A stretch of DNA of 64,000 nt from assembly GCA_964594685.1 (NCBI GenBank), contig CAZQNH010000002.1, forward strand, positions 2,816 to 66,815, read 5' to 3'. Below are positions 20,173-29,973 of this stretch, in pieces. Position 1 is the first letter of the stretch. Every line of letters begins with the position of its first letter. The stretch comes from an uncultured Halobacteriales archaeon (lineage in GTDB: Archaea > Halobacteriota > Halobacteria > Halobacteriales > Halobacteriaceae). The notes beneath the pieces are model-generated. The model ran no database searches. It had not been told where the DNA came from and saw only the letters and a program-made list of their open reading frames with translations. The position numbers and the translations under genes were made by a program.

Positions 20173-21324
20173 ATGTCAGACGGAACGTTCAAAGGATACG
20201 GCGGTCGGCACGTCCCGGACCCGCTCGCGGAGCCACTCGATCGTCTTGCGACGGCCTACGACGAGATCGCAGACGACGAGGCGTTTCGCGGGGAGCTAGA
20301 CGACCTTCTCGCGGCGTTCGCCGGCCGACCGACACCGCTCTATCACGCCGAGAACTTAGGAGAGCGCTACGGGGTCGAGATATATCTCAAACGCGAGGAC
20401 CTCCTCCACGGCGGCGCCCACAAGATCAACAACACACTCGGACAGGCACTCCTGGCGGAGAAGGCGGGTAAGGGCCGCCTCATCGCCGAGACGGGCGCCG
20501 GGCAACACGGCACCGCGACGGCCATGGTCGGGGCCCTCCTGGGCCTGGACACGGAGATCTACATGGGGAAGAAGGACGTCGAGCGCCAGCGGATGAACGT
20601 GTTCCGTATGCGGTTGATGGGCGCCGAGGTCAACGAGGTGACCCGCGGCGATGCGGGCCTGGCCGATGCCGTCGACGCCGCCCTCGAGGATTTCGCGGCG
20701 AATATCGAGGACACCCACTACCTCGTCGGCAGCGTGGTTGGACCCGATCCGTTCCCCCGGATGGTCCGGGATTTCCAGGCAGTGATCGGTCGGGAGGCCC
20801 GCGAGCAGTTCCGGGAACGGACCGGTGGATTGCCCGACGCGGCCGTCGCGTGTGTCGGCGGTGGCTCGAACGCACTCGGCCTCTTCCACGCGTTTCGGGA
20901 CGACGACGTGGCCTTCTTCGGGGCCGAGGGAGGCGGCGAGGGAACTGATTCGAGGCGGCACGCTGCCCCACTGGCTTCGGGTCGTGACGATGTCCTCCAC
21001 GGTATGAAGACGCGGGTCCTGAACGAGGACACCCAGGTCCATTCCGTCTCCGCGGGCCTGGATTACCCGGGTGTGGGTCCCGAACATGCGATGTTCCGGG
21101 CGATCGGTCGGGCTGAGTACCGGGGTATTCCGGACGACGAGGCGCTGTCGGCCTTCCGGGACCTGTCGGAGACGGAGGGGATCATCCCCGCACTCGAATC
21201 CAGCCACGCCATCGCCCTGGCGAAGGAACTCGCCGAGGACCACGAGACCATCCTCGTAAACCTCTCGGGTCGGGGTGACAAGGACATGGACATCGCCGCC
21301 GAGCAGTTCGACTTGCGCGGCTAG
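20173..21324 (+). CDS. trpB: Tryptophan synthase beta chain (TrpB1-type), stand-alone
   Basis: [15 protein letters not shown] (PLP lysine), [39 protein letters not shown]. Confidence 0.96.
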   Translation: MSDGTFKGYGGRHVPDPLAEPLDRLATAYDEIADDEAFRGELDDLLAAFAGRPTPLYHAENLGERYGVEIYLKREDLLHGGAHKINNTLGQALLAEKAGKGRLIAETGAGQHGTATAMVGALLGLDTEIYMGKKDVERQRMNVFRMRLMGAEVNEVTRGDAGLADAVDAALEDFAANIEDTHYLVGSVVGPDPFPRMVRDFQAVIGREAREQFRERTGGLPDAAVACVGGGSNALGLFHAFRDDDVAFFGAEGGGEGTDSRRHAAPLASGRDDVLHGMKTRVLNEDTQVHSVSAGLDYPGVGPEHAMFRAIGRAEYRGIPDDEALSAFRDLSETEGIIPALESSHAIALAKELAEDHETILVNLSGRGDKDMDIAAEQFDLRG

Positions 21325-21681
21325 GATACCGATCCCATCGAACCCGATCCGCCTTCTCGAACAGCAATTTCTCGCGACCCTGCTCACGATCAGCACAGCC
21401 AGTTGGCGCCGGCCTGAGGGTTGGAAATCGAACGAGCCGGACCGAATGGTGGCGGAGCCGCCACGGTGGTAGCGGCGGGCGAGCCGACCGCTCGTTCCGG
21501 GAATCCCGCCGGGTTGATCACCGCAGCGAACGTGAGACACGACCCGAGGGGCGCCGGAAGCGGCGCGCCTGTGGAGGGGGGGAGGTGCTTTCGGTAATCG
21601 GATTCGAAAGGCGCGTCGTCTCCATCCAGCGGCCGATCCCCATACAGAACTGTTAACGGCAGACCCAGCATACCCTCCCAC

Positions 21682-22782
21682 ATGGCAGTGGGCGTCTTCT
21701 CGGACCTCCAGATCCGGGCAACCAGTGTGCCGAATCGGCTCGCGGTCTCCCCGATGTGCCAGTACTCAGCCGAAGGCCGGGACGGGTTGCCGACAGCGTG
21801 GCACCACGTCCATTACGGCACCCGGGCGGTGGGGGGCGCGGGTATCGTGCTCTCCGAGGCCGTGGCCGTCGAGCCGGCCGGTCGGATCACCCCATACGAT
21901 CTGGGCATCTGGTCCGACGAGCAGGCAGCGGCACTCTCGCGGACAGCGTCCTTCATGGCCGAACAGGGCAGCGTCCCGGGCATCCAACTCGCCCATGCGG
22001 GGCGGAAGGGCTCTAAGACTCGCCCGTGGGAGGACAGCCGCCCAATCCAGCCGGCGGACGGGGGGTGGGAAGTCCCATCCCCGAGCGGGATCCCGTATCC
22101 CTACTCGGAGGGGGAGGCGCCGCCGACCCGTGAGATGGACCCGGCTGAGATCGAGGGCGTCGTCGAGTCATTCGTCGAGGCCGCCGAGCGGTCGGTCGAG
22201 GCCGGCTTCGAGATCATCGAGATCCACGCCGCTCACGGCTACCTCCTCCACCAGTTCCTCTCGCCGGTGACGAACGACCGAACGGACGCCTACGGCGGTG
22301 ATTTCGAGAGCCGGACGCGGCTCCTCCGGGAGGTTGCCGAGGCGGTACGGGCGACAGTGGGCGAGGATGTCGGCCTCTTCGCGCGGATCTCGGCGACGGA
22401 CTGGTTGCCGGATCGGGACTCCTGGACCCCCGAGCAATCGGTCCGACTGGCTGCGGACCTGGCCGGTCTGGGCGTGGACCTCATCGACGTGAGCACCGGG
22501 GGTATCCATCCGGACCAGTCGTTCCCCGAAACGGGCCCGAACTTCCAGGTCCCGCTTGCCGAGCAGCTCAAGACCAAGACAGACTCCGAGATTTTGGTCG
22601 GTGCCGTCGGACGGATCACGACGCCGGAGCAGGCCGAGGCCATCGTCAGGAACGGCCGGGCTGACCTGGTCATCCTCGGTCGGAAGTTCCTCCGGAACCC
22701 TTACTTCCCGTTGCACGCTGCGGCCGAACTCGGCAAAACCGACGCCCTCGAGCCCCCGGTGCAGTATCGGCGAGGCTTCTGA
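21682..22782 (+). CDS. NADH:flavin oxidoreductase (old yellow enzyme, YqjM/NamA-like)
   Basis: NRLAVSPMCQYSA, QLAHAGRK, EIHAAHGYLLHQFLSP, NDRTDAYGG, QYRRGF. Confidence 0.95.
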   Translation: MAVGVFSDLQIRATSVPNRLAVSPMCQYSAEGRDGLPTAWHHVHYGTRAVGGAGIVLSEAVAVEPAGRITPYDLGIWSDEQAAALSRTASFMAEQGSVPGIQLAHAGRKGSKTRPWEDSRPIQPADGGWEVPSPSGIPYPYSEGEAPPTREMDPAEIEGVVESFVEAAERSVEAGFEIIEIHAAHGYLLHQFLSPVTNDRTDAYGGDFESRTRLLREVAEAVRATVGEDVGLFARISATDWLPDRDSWTPEQSVRLAADLAGLGVDLIDVSTGGIHPDQSFPETGPNFQVPLAEQLKTKTDSEILVGAVGRITTPEQAEAIVRNGRADLVILGRKFLRNPYFPLHAAAELGKTDALEPPVQYRRGF

Positions 22783-22844
22783 GCGGTTCCCAGTGGGCCT
22801 ATCGGATCCTCCCATTCGCCGACCGCTCGCAGTATAGACTGGTC

Positions 22845-23120
22845 TCAGTTGGGAGCGTTAGCCGTTCCATCGCGAGCCAGTTGGATGGCGCGGGCGATGA
22901 TGTACATGAGCACGATTCCGGTCCCGACCGCGAGGATGAACTGGGCGAGCAGGGTGAACAAGAAGCCGAAGGGGGAACCGCCACCGATCATGAATGCGAG
23001 CCCAATCGGCACGAGGGCCAGTCCGCCGAACAGGGCGATGAGCCCGGCGAGTGGATAGGCTTCGGTTCGAATCTGTGTCGTGTCCAACGTGGGGCTCCCG
23101 TCGACGAGGAACGGAGGCAT
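22845..23120 (-). CDS. Small two-TM membrane protein; start 23120 or 23129
   Basis: EAYPLAGLIALFGGLALVP...QFILAVGTGIVLMYIIARAIQL. Confidence 0.7.
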   Translation of the reverse strand: MPPFLVDGSPTLDTTQIRTEAYPLAGLIALFGGLALVPIGLAFMIGGGSPFGFLFTLLAQFILAVGTGIVLMYIIARAIQLARDGTANAPN

Positions 23121-23139
23121 GTGAGACATACCCAATCTG

Positions 23140-23158
23140 TTTACGGAGACTCCGTAAA
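23140..23158. promoter_or_regulatory. Perfect 19-bp palindrome overlapping the presumed TATA region of the small membrane-protein gene
   Basis: TTTACGGAG-a-CTCCGTAAA, 20-38 bp upstream of ATG 23120. Confidence 0.6.
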
Positions 23159-23374
23159 AACGTTCACCGCAGGGAGACGCTGAAGAGTCGAACGCATTCG
23201 CAATTTCGGACCGAGCGTACGCGGGGAGGCGGCTAGAACATATCCGTTGGGTTGATTGGCTCCGGAAGCTCGTTGCAGGTGGACGTTCTCGCTACTGATC
23301 GTTGTCTCTGTACATCAGCAGTCCGTCTGGAGGATCCTCGATCGACAAAAGAGACTGATCGAGGCAGCCGGGAG

Positions 23375-24199
23375 TTACGCCCAGGACTGCGCCGATTCGA
23401 TCCACTGGGTGGCCTTCGGTTCGGTGATCTCGGCCGTTTCGGCGACAGCCGCCGCGTTGGCCTCGGCGAGAGCTTCGATGGATTCGATACCGGCGCTGAC
23501 CAGCCGGTCGGCGTAGGTGGGGCCCAACCCGTTGATGGCCTCGAGCGAGTCGGCCGTGGCTTCGACGGCATCCGCCTGGGCCGAAACCTGCGTGTCCGCG
23601 GCGTCGGCAATCTCTTCGGAGGCGGTCTCGAGCTGGCCGAGGACCCCGCTCAGCTGCCCTTCGAACTGTTCGAGCTGGGCAGCCAGGGCCTCCCGAGCGA
23701 GTTCGCCCTGTGATTCGAACTCCTCCCGGAGTTCCTGGAGACTCCCCTCGTACCGCTCGACGGACTCGTGCGTCTGGGCTTCGATGTCCTCGTGGGCTGC
23801 GAGGAACGTCTCGACCTGTTCGTCGAGGACGTCGACGAATGTTTCGAGACCCGCCGCAACCGACTCGCTGCTGTATTCGGCACTCGACCCGGCACTTTCG
23901 AAGGCCTGGGCCTGGGACGTCTCGATGGTGTCGAGGTGTGTTTCGATGGTCGTCCGAACATCGTCGAGGACGGGACCCGTTCCGGGGGTCGTGGCCTCGA
24001 TGCCACCGAAGTAGATATCGAGGGCCGTCCGGGCGGCATCGAAGCTCTGCGTGTGGACCCGCTCGGCGGGTGCGCCATCGACGAAGGCCTCGCCGAACGC
24101 CCGCTGAGCGTCGAGGCTCCGCTGAAACGCTTGCTGGCTCTGTTCGATCGCTGTGCGCTGGAGGTTGAATACGAGACTGACCGGTGTGGTTTGACTCAT
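23375..24199 (-). CDS. Haloarchaeal phasin (PhaP)-like protein fused to a C-terminal helix-hairpin-helix domain
   Basis: N-terminal LQRTAIEQSQQAFQRSLDAQR...IEATTPG (phasin-like amphipathic helices), acidic coiled coil, C-terminal LEAINGLGPTYADRLVSAGIESIEALA (HhH). Confidence 0.7.
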   Translation of the reverse strand: MSQTTPVSLVFNLQRTAIEQSQQAFQRSLDAQRAFGEAFVDGAPAERVHTQSFDAARTALDIYFGGIEATTPGTGPVLDDVRTTIETHLDTIETSQAQAFESAGSSAEYSSESVAAGLETFVDVLDEQVETFLAAHEDIEAQTHESVERYEGSLQELREEFESQGELAREALAAQLEQFEGQLSGVLGQLETASEEIADAADTQVSAQADAVEATADSLEAINGLGPTYADRLVSAGIESIEALAEANAAAVAETAEITEPKATQWIESAQSWA

Positions 24200-24245
24200 T
24201 GTAGGTGGAAAGTGGGGCCCGATCAATATAAGTCTACCTCTCTAT

Positions 24246-24270
24246 ACCATCTATTACCATTTTCCACCAT
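24246..24270. promoter_or_regulatory. Three phased ACCAT boxes upstream of the phasin-like promoter
   Basis: ACCAT at 24246, 24256 and 24266 (10-bp period); minus-strand TTATAT about 30 bp upstream of ATG 24199. Confidence 0.5.
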
Positions 24271-24555
24271 AAGAAGGTTCAAACTGGGTAAAACTGGCGC
24301 AAAAACCCAGATACTCGTCGCCTGCCGGACGAGAAATCCCTCCGGCGGATCTCACGGCAAACACGGCAGCGCTGAGGGAAATAACGTCGGATCTAACACA
24401 AACCCTGTCATCGGGTACCTGAGACGCGGAATCTCTCGAGGGAGGGAAACGAGAACCGACTGGGGACGACAGGACCATGAGATTGGGGCCCGCAACATCG
24501 GTGCTTGGACGCACATTTTTACCAGACCGGAGACGATTTATCACCTGGTGGAATC

Positions 24556-25983
24556 GTGACTACCGACGTGGATCTCCCTGGCGGAACGGGTGAGAACGTT
24601 GCCGGTGAGACCCCGGATACGGAACCGGTCGAGCACTCCGAAGAGGCCACCGTACACGAGGACGCCGAACTCGAACGGACTATCGGTCTCACCGGGGGCC
24701 TCACGATCGGGATCGGGACGATGATCGGGGCGGGGATCTTCGTCTTTCCGGGCCTCGCGGCCGGGAGCGCGGGTCCGGCAGCTGCACTCTCATTCGCCGT
24801 CGGTGGGGTGATCGCGTTGCTCGTCGCCTTACCGGCCTCGGAGTTGGCGACCGCGATGCCGAGGAGCGGCGGGGGGTATTACTTCGTCTCGCGGAGCATG
24901 GGAACAGCGTATGGCGCGATCATCGGGATCGGCCTGTGGCTTGGGCTGGTGTTCGCCTCGGCGTTCTATCTCGTCGGGTTGGGCCACTACGCTACCGCCG
25001 TATTTGCCGAGATCGGGTTCACGTTGCCGATCTCCCCGGTGATCCCGCTCGCGCTGGCGTTCGGGGTTGCCCTGACCGCCTTGAGTATCGCCGGCACGGA
25101 GAACACCACCAAGATCCAGAATCTCGTCGTGGGCATCTTGCTGGTCATCCTCACCCTCTTGCTCTCCTATGGGAGCCTCGACTCCCTCGGTGTCTTCGGT
25201 CGGGAGACGGCCCCAGCGGCGTTCTTCTCCCAGGGGTACTTCCCCGTGCTCACCACCGCCGCCTTGGTGTTCACCTCATATCTGGGCTTCGCCCAGGTGG
25301 CGACGGTCGCCGGGGACATCAAACAACCCAGCCGGAACCTGCCCCGTGCCATGGTGGGATCGGTCCTCATCGTGACCGTCTTTTATGTGGTGACGATCTT
25401 CGTCGCGACATCGGCGTTCGGCGCCGAACACCTCGAGACTCTCGGTGAAACGGCCATGGTGGAGGTCGGCCGCGAGTTCGTCGGGCTTCCTGGCGCGGTG
25501 GCGATCCTCTTCGCGGGCCTCCTGGCAACCTTCTCGAGTGCGAACGCCTCGATCCTCTCTGCCTCTCGCACGGTATACGCGCTGAGCCGCGATGCCTTGC
25601 TTCCCCAGCGGGCCGGGACGGTCAACCTGCGATACGGCACGCCGCATGTCGCCCTCCTCGCCGCCGGTGGGCCCATCCTCGTCCTGGTCGCCACGGGGCA
25701 GGTCGAGGTGCTCGCCGAGGTCGCCTCTTTCCTGCACCTCATCATGTACGGACTGATCTGTGTCGCGGTACTCATCCTGCGGCGCCAGGACCCGAACTGG
25801 TACGATCCGACCTACCAGACGCCGGGAGCGCCGGTATTGCCGGTGATCGGGGCGGTGGCAAGTTTCGGGCTGATCGCATTCATGCAACCGGCTTCGATCG
25901 TCATCGGGGTGCTCGTTATGGGCGTCTCGTATGTGTGGTATCGGTATTATGCTGGATCAGTGACACTCAAAGGAGACTTCTGA
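24556..25983 (+). CDS. APC-family amino acid permease
   Basis: [47 protein letters not shown]; probable GTG start at 24556. Confidence 0.93.
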   Translation: MTTDVDLPGGTGENVAGETPDTEPVEHSEEATVHEDAELERTIGLTGGLTIGIGTMIGAGIFVFPGLAAGSAGPAAALSFAVGGVIALLVALPASELATAMPRSGGGYYFVSRSMGTAYGAIIGIGLWLGLVFASAFYLVGLGHYATAVFAEIGFTLPISPVIPLALAFGVALTALSIAGTENTTKIQNLVVGILLVILTLLLSYGSLDSLGVFGRETAPAAFFSQGYFPVLTTAALVFTSYLGFAQVATVAGDIKQPSRNLPRAMVGSVLIVTVFYVVTIFVATSAFGAEHLETLGETAMVEVGREFVGLPGAVAILFAGLLATFSSANASILSASRTVYALSRDALLPQRAGTVNLRYGTPHVALLAAGGPILVLVATGQVEVLAEVASFLHLIMYGLICVAVLILRRQDPNWYDPTYQTPGAPVLPVIGAVASFGLIAFMQPASIVIGVLVMGVSYVWYRYYAGSVTLKGDF

Positions 25984-25985
25984 GA

Positions 25986-26729
25986 ATGTCAGACCGACCA
26001 ACGGTACTTGTCCCGATTCGCGTCCTCGAAGGGGAATCGATCCCCGAAGGCGTGCCACGATTACTGACCAACGCCCACGTGGTCCTCCTGGGATACCACG
26101 TGGTCCCGGAACAGACGGCGGCCGGCCAGGCCAGGAACCAGTTCCAGGAGCGGGCGAACCAGCGACTCGAAGAATTCGAGGAGATCCTCACCGGCGCGGG
26201 TGCAATCGTCGATACCAGGCTCGTGTTCACCCACGAGGCCCAGAAGACGATCGATCGCTTGATCTACGAATACGAATGCCTCGCAGTCCTGGTCCCGAAG
26301 GCGACGGCCTCACCGGAAGACGTCCTGGTGGCTGTGCGGGGGACGGTGGGACTCGATCGGCTCGTTCGAGTCGTGTCCGGGCTCTTCGCTGAGACCGATA
26401 TCGCCGTGACCCTGTATCACGTGGCCAATGAGGAGGAGACCGACGAGGACGTGGGGATGCTCCTTTCCGGGATCGAAGACAGATTGGTCGAGACCGGCAT
26501 GGGAGCGGACCGTATCGAGACCCGCACGTCGCGGGCGCAATCACCCCTTGACGCCATCCTGGAGGCATCCGGCGAGTTCGACGCCGTGGTGATGGGGGAA
26601 TCCGACCCGTCCATCGTGACCTTCGTGTTCGGGATGCGCGCCGAGCAGGTCGCCGAGCAGTTCCTGGGCCCGGTGTTGGTGGTGCAGCGCGAGCGGCCCG
26701 GAAAAGCGGAGAACGAAGGCGGCGACTAA
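25986..26729 (+). CDS. Universal stress protein paired with the APC permease
   Basis: VLVPIRVLEGESIP...FDAVVMGESDPS...FVFG; starts 2 bp after the permease stop. Confidence 0.85.
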   Translation: MSDRPTVLVPIRVLEGESIPEGVPRLLTNAHVVLLGYHVVPEQTAAGQARNQFQERANQRLEEFEEILTGAGAIVDTRLVFTHEAQKTIDRLIYEYECLAVLVPKATASPEDVLVAVRGTVGLDRLVRVVSGLFAETDIAVTLYHVANEEETDEDVGMLLSGIEDRLVETGMGADRIETRTSRAQSPLDAILEASGEFDAVVMGESDPSIVTFVFGMRAEQVAEQFLGPVLVVQRERPGKAENEGGD

Positions 26730-26771
26730 GGACCCGACTGGACCCGTGGACTCCGTTATAGCGGGGGTAGA

Positions 26772-27257
26772 TCAGGGCGAAGAGACGTCGAAGCGCCGCC
26801 CGATGGCCTGCACCAGCATGCCCCCGACCGCCCCGGAGACGAAGAGCCCCATGGTGTAGAATGCCATGAGGTTCCGGGCGATAACTCCCTGCGGAACACC
26901 GTTCCCGTCCACTCCCCGGTAGACCCCGACCGCTGAAAGGACCCAGAAGGCGAGGAACAGCCCGATCACCCCGACCACCCAGGCGTACGATGTCGCCCGG
27001 ATGCTCCGGGTCACCGCGTAGGCCCCGACCATCGCGAGGGTCACGGCAAGTATCTGCAGCATGCTCGTCGAGACGACGAGGGCGGCTCCGATCCAACCCA
27101 GCAGGAGCAAGCCGAGGACGCCTGAGACGAGGCGGTCGTAGGACCCGTACCCCAGCCGTGCTCCGATCTCGGCGAGGCCGACGGAGACCACTCCGGCCAC
27201 GAGCGCCGGGATCACCGTCAGGAGGAGTAGGAACCCTCCTGGATCGAAATTCGTCAT
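26772..27257 (-). CDS. Hypothetical membrane protein
   Basis: 161 aa with ~5 hydrophobic segments. Confidence 0.7.
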   Translation of the reverse strand: MTNFDPGGFLLLLTVIPALVAGVVSVGLAEIGARLGYGSYDRLVSGVLGLLLLGWIGAALVVSTSMLQILAVTLAMVGAYAVTRSIRATSYAWVVGVIGLFLAFWVLSAVGVYRGVDGNGVPQGVIARNLMAFYTMGLFVSGAVGGMLVQAIGRRFDVSSP

Positions 27258-27331
27258 CTTTCGAACGCCGTCTCGCTCGCCGTGACCCTCCGTTGTCTGA
27301 GGGTTGCTCGAAGGTTCGGTTGCGAGCCGGT

Positions 27332-27400
27332 GGCTGGCCGCCCGTCCGATGGGCTACCGGTCCTAAGCCGGCCCGGCGGGTTACGGGTCTTGGGCCAGCC
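27332..27400. ncRNA. Candidate structured element: four-way-junction, cloverleaf-like
   Basis: Stems GGCTGGCC/GGCCAGCC (8 bp), GCCC/GGGC, CCGG/CCGG, CCCG/CGGG, all Watson-Crick; intergenic. Confidence 0.3.
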
Positions 27401-27531
27401 CGACGGGATGGCACCGAGCATGGTGTTGCATGGTTATCGACGGACAAACCCTTTCTGGGGCCGAGAACCCGACATCTCGCAGACTTCGTCGATACCGGTC
27501 CTTATAGTGGCGCCTGCAGAACGGATGCGGC

Positions 27532-27981
27532 ATGGCGACCGGCTGGGGCGGTCCACTCGCTGCCGTGTTCGTCCTCTGGGTCTTCGTCGCGCTCGCCTGT
27601 GTGCCACTACTGGCGATATCCCACCTCCGCACCGCCATCTCGGGGTGGCCCACCCGGACTTTCGTGTGGAACTATCTCCTCGTCACGGGGGTCGCGGTTG
27701 CGGGTCAGGGGGTACTCTTCCTCTCGTTCGTTGTCGTCACCGGTGGAATAGGGGGCACCAGCCTCGTCCAGTGGACGATCGGCGTCGCCGGCGGGTATCC
27801 GTTTGCCCTCTGGCTGCTGGTCGGCACCGTCGCGACCGCGACAGGGCAGTGGGGTTCGGTCCGCGACGAACTCGATCGGTGGCTCTGGCTGGCTCTCGCA
27901 ACGATCTGGTATGCCATAGCCACCACCGTCGCCGCGGCTGTGGTCTTCTTCGTGTTGTTTGTGGCGTTCTTCCCGGGGTAG
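27532..27981 (+). CDS. Hypothetical membrane protein
   Basis: 149 aa, ~4 TM; CTTATA upstream; ends FFPG as in many haloarchaeal membrane proteins. Confidence 0.7.
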   Translation: MATGWGGPLAAVFVLWVFVALACVPLLAISHLRTAISGWPTRTFVWNYLLVTGVAVAGQGVLFLSFVVVTGGIGGTSLVQWTIGVAGGYPFALWLLVGTVATATGQWGSVRDELDRWLWLALATIWYAIATTVAAAVVFFVLFVAFFPG

Positions 27982-28083
27982 GCGGGGGTCTTCCTCGACA
28001 GTAAGCTCTTTGCCACTCGGTGCCGACAGTCGCTGTTTCACCTTTGGGGGATAGTAACACGCCATCACCAGTGCATCGGTACC

Positions 28084-28671
28084 ATGAATGGCACTTTGGA
28101 CGGACGAGGTCCGCTGACGTTCGGTCTCGGTTTCGTGATCGCCGGTGCACTGTTGGTCTCGGTGGTGGGTATCGCGACCGCGACGGGTTCGGCAACTGGG
28201 GTGGAGAATGTCACACTCTACACGACCGAGGACGGGGCGGACGATGCCGTGGGAGACATCGAGGCCGTCGTCAAGGAGGCCTCACTCAGACCCGAAACGC
28301 GTCTGGTCGTCGGCGAGACGCTGGTGGTCGAGATCGAGTCCGAGCGATTCGAGAGCGGTCTGGCCGAGCGGAGTGGGACCACCACCGAACGGTTCCTTGC
28401 CGCCGTCGAGGGCGACGCAAACCCCACCCTCTACCAGACGAATCCCACTGCCGAGATTCCACCGAAGGGGAGCCAGGTCGGGCCGTCGGAAGGCTCATCG
28501 AATGGCAAACCGGTCTACCTCCGCCGGTCGACCCTCGATACGAGGGTTCAATGCGGCTCACCTTGCGACCAGGTCGTGGCTGAGAAACACGGTCATGCGA
28601 CCCGTTATCTTGTCCCAAAATATTCAGCTTGTTACACCAATCGAATCGGCTTGGTACCCAACTACTTATAG
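28084..28671 (+). pseudogene. Probable truncated cell-surface or secreted protein
   Basis: Signal peptide plus acidic domain (LVVGETLVVEIESERF...TTERFLAA...YQTNPTAEIPPK); composition changes abruptly to basic, AT-rich sequence after ~28500. Confidence 0.45.
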
Positions 28672-28753
28672 CGGTTCTGTTGTCTACTTCTCTCTTTTAT
28701 ATCATCGTCAAAAACAATTTATGCGGATGGTATGGAGAGCCACCTAGAGGCCG

Positions 28754-29905
28754 ATGGATCCCATCCAGTCCCTACTCACCGACAGCCTCTTCGTGGTGTT
28801 CTGTGCCGTCCTGGCCGGCTACCTCCTGGGCCGCCTGGAATATAGGGGGTTCAAATTCGGCGTCTCGGGGGCGCTTTTCACGGGACTTCTCCTGGGTCAT
28901 TTCGGATTCACCGTACCGCAAAGTTACTTCCTCCTCTCGCTTGCGCTCTTCGTCGCGGCGGTCGGGCTGATCGCCGCGAAGGATATCGGGGGAGTGATCC
29001 GGTCCCACGGGCCGAAGCTCGTGGTCATCGGGTTGGTGATGCCGACGGTCGCCGCCGTTATCACCCTCCTCTGCACCACGGTGGCCCCGACCGGCATCGA
29101 CCCGCGACTGTTGGAGGGGACCTTCACCGGAGCGCTTACAAGCTCACCTGGCCTGGGGGCGTCCCTCGAGACTGCCGGCGCCGCGGCCAGCGCCCAGATC
29201 ACCATCGGTCACTCGGTGGCGTACCCCTTCGGGGTGGTACTGGTGATCCTGGCCGAACAGTTTTATCCCAGAGTCGCGGGCATCGATATCCAGGAACAGA
29301 GACGCGAATTCGCCCGCGCCATCGCGGACGGCGGCAGACGGTCCGGTGCAGATCGCTCGGAGGTGACCTTCAGCCTCGCCGGGTTCTCGCTCGCGGTCGT
29401 GCTGGGGGCCGTCGTCGGCTCGATCCCCATCCCGCTCGGGCCGATCGGCTCCGCGAGTCTCGGCATCACCGGCGGGACGCTGCTCGCAGCCCTCGGGATC
29501 GGGTATGTCGGCGAGATCGGCCCGATCAAAACCAGGATGCCCGAGGAGGTACTCGCTGCGATCCGGACCCTCACGCTCGCCTTCTTCCTGGCGGTGGTGG
29601 GCATTCAGGCCGGCGAGGGGTTCATCGCCGTCATCGAGAAGACCGGCCCCACGCTGGTCGGCATCACCATCCTCACCGGGCTCGGTGCCATCCTTGCCGG
29701 CCTCTTCCTCGCCCGGCGGCTCTGGGACCTCAACTGGGTCATCGCCGCGGGGGCCATCACGGGTGGGATGACCTCGACCCCGGGCCTCGGGGCGGCCATC
29801 GAGGCGACCGGGACCGACGAGGTGGGTGCCGGGTACGGCTCGAGTTACCCCATCGCTCTCATCGGGATGGTGATCTTCGCGAAGGCCATCGGCTTGCTAC
29901 TCTGA
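28754..29905 (+). CDS. AspT/YidE/YbjL-family transporter consisting only of the two membrane repeats
   Basis: GVSGALFTGLLLGH, GTFTGALTSSPGLGA, GHSVAYPFG; second repeat GAITGGMTSTPGLGAA, GYGSSYPIA. Confidence 0.85.
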   Translation: MDPIQSLLTDSLFVVFCAVLAGYLLGRLEYRGFKFGVSGALFTGLLLGHFGFTVPQSYFLLSLALFVAAVGLIAAKDIGGVIRSHGPKLVVIGLVMPTVAAVITLLCTTVAPTGIDPRLLEGTFTGALTSSPGLGASLETAGAAASAQITIGHSVAYPFGVVLVILAEQFYPRVAGIDIQEQRREFARAIADGGRRSGADRSEVTFSLAGFSLAVVLGAVVGSIPIPLGPIGSASLGITGGTLLAALGIGYVGEIGPIKTRMPEEVLAAIRTLTLAFFLAVVGIQAGEGFIAVIEKTGPTLVGITILTGLGAILAGLFLARRLWDLNWVIAAGAITGGMTSTPGLGAAIEATGTDEVGAGYGSSYPIALIGMVIFAKAIGLLL

Positions 29906-29973
29906 CGCCGGGCGCGAGTGGGGGAGGAGGGTACGAGCCAGCGGCCGCATATTCTAGAATGGAGACCCTGACC

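Noticed and set aside
21325-21681. Structured ncRNA between trpB and the OYE gene
   Set aside because: Only short GC hairpins (e.g. GTGGCGG/CCGCCAC), as expected at this GC content; no SRP or RNase P signature.
27332-27400. Pyrrolysine or amber-suppressor tRNA (CTA in the plus-strand loop) or true tRNA-Leu(TAG)
   Set aside because: Plus strand has C rather than U at position 33 and no T arm next to the acceptor stem; minus strand lacks the D-loop GG, TTCRA and the Leu variable arm; no pyl genes are present. Kept only as a structured-element candidate.
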